A stretch of 63,763 nt of DNA, counting the filler, from Ministeria vibrans ATCC 50519 (lineage: Eukaryota; Protista; Filasterea): the NCBI GenBank assembly GCA_943704425.1. It is 8 parts of 8 records of this genome, joined end to end, with 100 filler letters (N's around TTAATTAATTAA, not from the genome) between each part and the next. Parts side by side here need not be neighbours in the genome. Positions count along the whole stretch, not along the records: positions 52,119 to 62,550 come from CALSCP010001488.1; positions 62,651 to 63,763 come from CALSCP010000593.1; 6 more parts are not named here. The stretch is one strand, 5' to 3'. Positions 55,762 through 63,763 of this stretch are shown piece after piece. The notes beneath the pieces are model-generated. The model had not been told where the DNA came from, made no database searches, and worked only from the letters and a program-made list of their open reading frames with translations. The position numbers and the translations under genes were made by a program. Each line of letters opens with the position of its first letter. Within the stretch, counting starts at the first letter, position 1.

Positions 55762-56227
55762 ATGACGGCAACCGACGAGAGTCAGCCTCGTGATCTTGGG
55801 GATGCTGTCTCTCTCCTGATGCCCCGGGGAAACCGCGATCTCCTCGCGCCCGCTGAAGCCCGTCCCAAGGTACAGTTTGGCCCGTCTGCCACACCACCTG
55901 CACTTTGCCAGTTCTTTGTCTCCCGTCTGCTCTCTGTTCTCTCCCAATCACATCAAAATCGTCTCACAAATAGACTCTTCCGTTTCTTCCTCGTTCTCTC
56001 TCTCTCTCTCCCTCTCCCTCTCCTTCTTTCTCACTGTTCGCCCCACCTCTCCATGTCTTCTCTATTCCATTTTTCTTTCAATAAAGATGGCTCTACCTCG
56101 CATTCCCCTTCTCACACGCACACTGACGATCTGCGTTTTGTGCCGTTGTCCTTTCCTCTTCCCTCTACCTCTTCACCACGATCGCCAACCCTCTCACACG
56201 ATCTTCAACACACACTCTCTCTCTGTC

Positions 56228-56261
<34 letters not shown>

Positions 56262-59200
56262 CATCTCTCTTGTTGCAGCGAACGCTCTTCTGTCTGAAGC
56301 TCCAAAACCCGCTCAGACGCGCAGCCATTCGCATTGTCGAGAACCACTACTTTGAAGGGCTCATCATCACGACAATCATCCTCAATGTGCTCGCCCTCTG
56401 TCTCTATCAGCCTCGTCCAGCGGGCGTCACCACGGAGCGCAACGAGGTTCTCGAGCTCATCGAGTTTGCTTTTGTGGCCATTTTCACCGCCGAATGCGTT
56501 CTCAAAATCACCGCTTACGGCTTTGTCATGCATCGAAACGCCTATCTGCGCTCCCCCTGGAACGTCCTTGATTTTGTCATTGTCGTCCTTGGCATCATTT
56601 CCGTCATCGTCGAGACTCTCAACGTCTCCTTTGTCGACGTCAAGGCACTCCGGGCCTTTCGCGTCCTCCGTCCCCTGCGCCTCATCTCAGGCCTGCCTCA
56701 ACTTCAGGTAGAGACTTCAAAGAACTTATCTATCTTGCTCTATATATCTCTTTCTTCTATCACTTTGTTTCTTTCTATCAATTAGTTTCTCTCTCCGTCA
56801 CTTTGTTTCTCTCATCAATTAGTTTCTCTCGATGACTTTGTTTCCCTCTCTTATCACTTTTTTTTCTCTCTGTTTTGTTTTTTCTTCTCATGTTTTCTTG
56901 CTTGCGTCTCCTTCAAGGTCGTCGTCAACTCCATTGTGAAAAGCCTTCCTCACCTGTACAACATTTTTGTGCTCTTCTTCTTTCTCATCACCATCTTTGC
57001 GCTGGTTGGTCTTGAGTTCTTCAAGGGTATTCTCCAGACACACTGTCTTTTTTACGGTCCCTACGGCAACGGTAAGAATCTACAGGAGCGGGATTGTGCA
57101 TGAACAACGACTCAAACACACTGACCCTAACCCTTCCCTTTTTGTTTCAACTGTGTAGAAACTGGGGCAGTGGCAGTGCCCGATGAGGACACTTGCAGTG
57201 TCTTCTCGAGCGGTGGCTACCACTGCAAAGCGCCGTTTCAGTTCTGCGCGACCGGCCAGGAAGGACCCAACTTTGGCATTACGTCGTACGACAACATTGG
57301 GCTCTCCATGCTGACAGTGTTCACGGCGATTACGCTGGAAGGCTGGACGGACGTGCTTTACTGGACGCAGGACGCCATCTCCGATTGGGTGTGGATCTTT
57401 TACGTGACTCTCGTTGTGTGTGGTGCCTTCTTTATTCTCAATCTTGTTCTCGGTGTGCTCTCGGGTGAGTTTTCGCGTCAGCGGGAGCGCATGGAGTCGC
57501 GTGGGCGTCGCATTGCAGCAGAACGTCGCGCGCGAATGCGCCAAGACATGCATCATTACCTGGAATGGATGACTTTTGGCGACCTGGTCGACCCCAGTGT
57601 CGACCGAATGCGCCAACGACGCGCTTCGGCTTTTGACGGTCCTGCCGATGCCGACGCAGCCAACGGCGACGTCATCACTACAACTGTAGCTGAGTCGATT
57701 ATCCAGCAGCGTACACGCTCGAGCGGCACCAGTGATGACATTGAGATTGAGATGGTGCCCGTGTCACGCAGCGGCCTTAATCAGGGCGGCGCACATCACC
57801 ACGCCCCGCACTACCGCAACGAGCAGGGCGTGCTCACGTACGACAGCGACACCGACTCGAACGCGTCGTACAACACGGCTGCGGAGGACATGGACTTTGA
57901 CGATGACGACGAAGAGGCACAGGCGCGTCATGGTCGATTTGGCGAGGCCATCTCCGAGTCGGTTGTCAACGACGAAATGGTGCGCCACCCACGACTCGCG
58001 CGCATCGTCAAGAGCAAACCGTTTTACTGGACCGTCATGAGCCTTGTGCTTGCCAACACTGTCATTTTGTGCGCCGAACATGCGGGTCAGTCCGAGTCGT
58101 TCACGCGCTTTCTCGAGAATGCCAACAATGTCTTTACGGTGCTTTTTGTTATTGACATGCTTTTTAAGGTGTGCGCTCTTGGCTTTCGTCGCTACTTTCT
58201 CAGCATGTTCAACCGTTTTGACTTTGTCGTGGTCATTGCGAGTGTTGTGGAGATGTTGCTGAATATTGTGGCGGGCACGGACCGTATTGGCATCTCCGTT
58301 TTGCGCTCCGTACGCCTGCTGCGCCTCCTCAAGTTCACACCGTACTGGGCACGTCTGCGCGAGCTCACCATTGCCCTCACCAAGTCGCTGTCGTCTATTT
58401 TGTCGCTCGTGCTCCTTGTGCTCCTGCTTTTGGTCGTGTTCGCCCTGCTTGGCATGCAGCTGTTTGGAGCGCGCTTTGACTTTCCCGAGGGCACGCCACG
58501 CAGCAACTTTGATAACTTTTGGAATGCGTTTGTAACTGTCTTTCAAATGCTCACGGGCGAAGACTGGAACGCGGTCATGTACGACGGAATTCGCGCCTAT
58601 GGCGGAGTGGGCTCGCTGGGTGTTCTCATCTCGCTGTACTTTGTGATTTTTGTTGTCATTGGTCTCTTCATCCTGCTCAATGTCTTCCTTGCTATTGCTG
58701 TCGACGGCTTGCAAAAGGACGTGAGCGAGACGGACACAGACACGGGCGAAGACGACGAAGACAACGAAGACGATGTGCTTGCAGCGGAACGTGACACGGC
58801 CATTCTCGCTCAGCTGCAGCAGAACACGCGTCGCAAGAGTGTTTCCACACACGAGAGTGACCACGACAGCGTCGACCGCGACAAATCACTGCTGGAAACC
58901 AGTGAGGGCATTGAACTGGCAGACTTGAGTGAGATCAACTTGGCTCACGAGGCAAAGCTCTTGAATGTCGGAGAGGCTGAACTTCAAGGTAGGGTACTTT
59001 TTTGTTGTTTTTCATTCTCTTACTTTTTGCTCCTTTTTTAGCCCTTCGAGATCGAGCACGTGTCAAAGACGCCACGGGAGAACTTGAGGCGAATCTTCAT
59101 GAGGAGGAGAAAGCGGCAGACGGCACGATGGGTGAGCTGCCACCGAGCGAACCCAATGTGTTTGATCAGTGGCGTGCGCGCATTGAGATGCACCGTCGTC

Positions 59201-61962
59201 TGCCACAATTCTCGTCGCTGTGGCTGCTCTCGCCCAAGTCTCGCATTCGCAAACTCATATTTCGCCTTATCTCGAAGAAAACGTTTGACAACTTTATTTT
59301 GTTCTGCATCATCTGCTCGAGTGCGTTGTTGGCCGCCGAAGATCCTGTCAACAAGGACGCGCCGCGCAACACAGTCCTCAACTACTTTGATTTTTGTTTC
59401 ACCTCCATCTTTGCGACGGAAATGGTCATGAAGATTGTTGCACTGGGTCTGGTGCTGCACAAGGGCGCCTACGCACGCTCGGGTTGGAACGTCCTTGATG
59501 CCGTCGTCGTCATTGCCTCTATTGCGTCGCTGGCGCTGAGCGGCAGCAACATCTCCTTCATCCGTGTACTTCGTGTCGTTCGTGTCATCCGTCCCTTGCG
59601 TGCTATTCATCGTGCCGATGGACTCAAGGTAAGCAACGTGAAGAAAGAAGAAGAAAGGAAGAGTTGACGCGTTCTTTTTGGATGTCATTATTTTTTTCAG
59701 GCTGTTGTGTCTTGTATGGTTTTGTCGGTGCGTGCCATTGGCAATCTCATGCTGATCAGTATGTTCTTCGAGTTCATTTTTGCGGTGGTGGGCGTTCAGC
59801 TGTGGAAAGGTGCGTTTGGACGGTGCAACGATGACACGGTGAGCTTCGTCGACGAGTGTGTGGGCAACTTCACTGTGAGTGTGAACGTGACCGAAGTGCT
59901 TCCACCCTACTACAACACAACGTTGGGCTTGGAGACGATGAATGTGTCGCGTGTGTGGTTCAATGAGCCGCTCAACTTTGACAATGTCTATCGGGCCATG
60001 CTGACCCTCTACGTTGTCATGACTTACGAAGGATGGGTAAAAGATTTTTTTTGTGAATTTCAGTAGTCTTTGACGTTTCTTGTTTCTCACATTTTTCTGT
60101 CTGGATTACAGTTGAATGTGATGTATAATGCTGTGGATGCTGTTGGTGATGGCATTGCGATGCAGATTAACCACAATGTGATGGCGCCCGTCTTTTTCAT
60201 CATTTACATTGTTCTGCTCTCCTTTTTCATGGTCAATCTCTTTGTCGGATTTGTGGTGCTTGCCTTTCGACAACAAGGAGAGGTTTGATTGTTTTTCATT
60301 TTGAGTGGACAAACACGTGCGAGTTTTTATGATTAATTCTATGTTTGTGTGTGTGTATGTGTCACATAGGCGGCCTTCAAAGACTGTGCTCTCAACCGCA
60401 ACGAACGTGCATGTGTCCTTGCCGCTCTCTATGCTGCTCCTACTCCCGCCCGTGTCCCTTCTGGCGAGTTTCGTGGCGTTTTTTTTCGTTTCGTCGAGTC
60501 TATCATTTTTGAGGTATATCTAGTCTAGTTATGTTATTCGCTCTCGTTACTGACATTTTTCTTTCGATTCCATTACATCTCTACCACTTTGTTGTTTTGT
60601 TCCCTTCTCTTTACCACTTTGTTTTTTCTCTCTGTCATTTTGTTTTTATCCCTTTGTTATTTATCACTTTTTCACTGTTGTCTTTCTTTATCCTTTTGTT
60701 TCTTTATCCTTTTATTTCTTTATCATTTTGTTTCTTTATCCTTTTGTTTCTTTATCCTTTTGTTTCTTTATCCTTTTGTTTCTTTATCCTTTTTTTATCC
60801 TTTTGTTTCTTTATCCTTTTGTTTCTTTATCCTTTTGTTTCTTTCTTTCTCCTTTCTCGCTTCTCTCTTTCTCTCTTTTGTCCTTTCCCCCTTCTTTTAC
60901 AGTACTTTATTATGGCGTGTATTCTGCTGAACGTAATTGCGCTGATGATGGCGTACTTTGAGATGCCGGAGAGCTATGCTGACGCGCTCGATATTGTCAA
61001 TTACCTTTTCACGGGAATTTTCACTCTCGAAGCACTCCTGAAAATGATCGCCTATGGTCTCTATGGCTATTTCAGAGATCCTTGGAACGGTAAAGATACG
61101 CAGCGTCACTATCTTTCTCCTATCTCACTTTTCTATCACTTTGTCTCTATCACTTTGTCTCTCTCTATCCCTTTGTTTTTTTTCCCTCCTCTCTCTGATT
61201 TGGTTTCTTTTCCCCTCCTCTTTCTTTCTTTCTCTTTTTCTCTCCCTCTCTATCACTTTATATTGTTTTTCCTCCCTTCTCTCTCTTGTCTCACCTTTTA
61301 GTCTTTGACTTTGTGGTTGTGCTGGGGAGCATTATTGACAGTGCGTTGGGCGGTGGAGTGGGTGTCAATGTGTTTCGTTTATTTCGTATTCTGCGTCTTG
61401 TGCGTCTCATCAAACGCGATGGGGGTCTGAGAGAGCTTGTGTGGACCTTTGCCAGAAGTTTCAAGGTAAGTGCTACTGTGAGAGTAAGAGGAAGTGTGTG
61501 TGTGTGAGGAATGTTCATTTTTCTTTGTTTGTTAGGCACTACCCAATGTTGCGCTGTTCATTGGAATGCTTTTCTTCATTTATGCAGTCGCAGGAATGCA
61601 GGTAAACAAGAGGCACAAATTTTGTGAAGGTGAAAAGTGTCACATTGTTTTTTTGTGCCCTTTTGTTGTGTATGTGTGTGTGTCTGTGTTGTTAGATCTT
61701 TGGGCGACTGAGTCAGTCTGACACATGTGCGATCAATCGCCATGCCAACTTTGCGACCTTTCCTGTGTCACTGTTACTACTTGTGCGATGTGCGACTGGT
61801 GAAAACTGGCAGGTGAAGACCGATATGACACTTACACTTCTGACGCTTACTCATTTTACCTCTTTTTCTTCTCTTCTCTATCACTTTGTTTCTCTTTTGT
61901 TTCTCTCTTTCTATCACTTTGTTTCTCTTTTGTTTCTCTCTTTCTATCACTTTGTTTCTCTT

Positions 61963-62059
<97 letters not shown>

Positions 62060-62426
62060 TCTTTCTTTCTCTCTTGTTGGATTTGATGCTCAGCAACTTA
62101 TGTTGGCGTGTGCTGATGCAAATCGCGTGGAGTGTCCCTGTGACCCGTCTGACATTGACGGCTCAACCTGTGGCAATTGGTTTGCCTATCCCTTTTTCGT
62201 CTCCTTTGTCTGTACGGCTTGTTCACGCACCAACTTTTTATCTGTCTTACTGACCGCATAATCCTTTGTGTGTATTGTCGTGTAGTGCTCTGTGGGTTCC
62301 TTGTACTGAACCTATTTGTGGCGGTCATTCTGGACAACTTTGACTATCTGACACGCGATCCGTCTGAACTGGGGCCGCATCACATGGACGCATTCATTAC
62401 CACCTGGAGCTACTATGACCCTTTTG
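55762..62426 (+). CDS. Four-domain voltage-gated Ca2+ channel alpha1 (HVA Cav1/2-type), C-terminus truncated at contig end
   Basis: Filters TLEGW/TGEDW/TYEGW/TGENW (EEEE); four S4 segments; AID-like [10 protein letters not shown]; [17 protein letters not shown]. Confidence 0.95.
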
Positions 62427-62450
62427 TACGCCTCGATTGCCATTCATTGT

Positions 62451-62550
<100 letters not shown>

Positions 62551-62659
62551 NNNNNNNNNNNNNNNNNNNNNNNNNNNNNNNNNNNNNNNNNNNNTTAATT
62601 AATTAANNNNNNNNNNNNNNNNNNNNNNNNNNNNNNNNNNNNNNNNNNNNCCCCACTCT

Positions 62660-63212
62660 CTCTTACAGTCTCGATGTGCTTTCGGATCCAGTTACACTGT
62701 GTTCGCGATGAGATGTGACCATACTCAACAGCCAACTGCCCAGTGTATGCGCGCTTAGCCGACGCAATAATGTCACGCAGTGTCATTTCCGCTTTGTCTT
62801 CGCCACCAATACCTTGTTTTTTGTGGACAACGAGATGAATACAATGCTGAGAGTATTTTGGTCGGTTCTTTACCTTCCATGTGGGTGGAGGCAAGTTGGA
62901 AGCGACGATCAAGGTCCTTTTCCGAAAATCCGTATGTTTCAACCTGCAGCTCAGGGGGAATCGTGCCGTCCAGGTCGGCATCGAGAATGCCCAGGGGGTC
63001 CAAGTCGGCAATGTGGTGCCCTCCGCTCTGGAAGCTGCGCACAAGGTTCTGCACCTTGAGGTGATCCTCAACTTCTTTCTTCACACTGGCAGTGGAGCTG
63101 GGTGCTGCCGAAGCAGAGGTCGATGTGCCCGCCTGAATGGACGGAGGTGCCATGTACGCCTGCGGTGAGCCCACCCCGGACTCCATGTTGGCAAAGTACG
63201 CTTGCCACGACT
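62660..63212 (-). CDS. OGDH: 2-oxoglutarate dehydrogenase E1, internal fragment
   Basis: SWQAYF, DHLKVQNLVRSFQSGGHHIADLDPLG, YGFSEKDLDR, MTLRDII..YTGQLAVEYGHI...CNWIRKHIET. Confidence 0.9.
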
Positions 63213-63763
63213 ACGTTGAACAAGTAGGGCGGGTCAGCGTGCGCAGCGTGCGTCTGCTACCGGTCGATTTGACCTCTTCCAACAACTATCACGTTTTTTT
63301 TTTTTTTTTCATTCAACGCGAAAAATGGCTTAGCGAAAAAGTCTGGAAGATTGTGGTCAACGCAACGGGCAAACAATACACACCAACAGGCGGCGTATGA
63401 TGCAGGAAGCAGACAAGAGGCTGTCAAATTCGGGCGATTTTGGTTTGATAGAATATTTCGAGGCTAAAGGGGAACCCTACAGGCAGGCCCTTTGTCCATA
63501 CGCAATGCGTATTGGGTATGGTGGAAGGGACGACGCGCCGCCAAATTCAAGAGATTCGCGTCAAACGACCCCAAAAGAAAATCACAAGATATTCCACTGA
63601 AACAATCGAAAACAGGAGAACGAGCGAAAGTATCGCCAGGAGAGCAGGCGGTGCAAAAACACCACAGGCTCCAATGAGCAACCCGCAAAAGAGACAGCTC
63701 TCAGTGTCTACATACCCTTCCAGCGATGTTCCAGCCACGTTTGCGGATGGTACACCCATTTCT

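Noticed and set aside
63290-63763. Possible mobile element upstream of the OGDH fragment
   Set aside because: No recognisable ORF, termini or convincing second copy in the window.

Overview
Gene-dense, intron-rich eukaryotic DNA. It consists of at least 8 contigs joined by an artificial N..TTAATTAATTAA..N linker, so synteny holds only within contigs. Introns are mostly 55-100 nt, all that I parsed are GT-AG, and donors are often GTACG/GTGCG. The standard genetic code fits. Recognisable genes: COPG, RPS16, VPS16 (partial), arginase, DDX10/DBP4, an SR-cyclophilin, an ankyrin/FERM RasGEF, CCDC86/Cgr1, an ankyrin protein, an Ldh_2 dehydrogenase, cytosolic TyrRS, an F-BAR/PH/C2/RasGAP/SH3 protein, SNX17-like, an ABCG half-transporter, a second F-BAR protein, a DUF1917 protein, STK16 (partial), an EEEE Cav1/2-type channel and OGDH (partial). 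Gene content suggests a unicellular relative of animals (inference). Most interesting signals: (i) a constant core CTATCACTTTGT arrayed with variable unit length in introns of seven unrelated genes, mostly pyrimidine-on-sense; (ii) TyrRS with both the ELR motif and an EMAP-II domain; (iii) unusual Ras-regulator architectures; (iv) gene fragments out of place (a PEX5 TPR exon in an F-BAR gene, a decayed TyrRS exon copy); (v) an intronless EthD/ABM-like membrane protein between inverted copies of a gene-upstream repeat. All homology calls are by eye, with no database searches.
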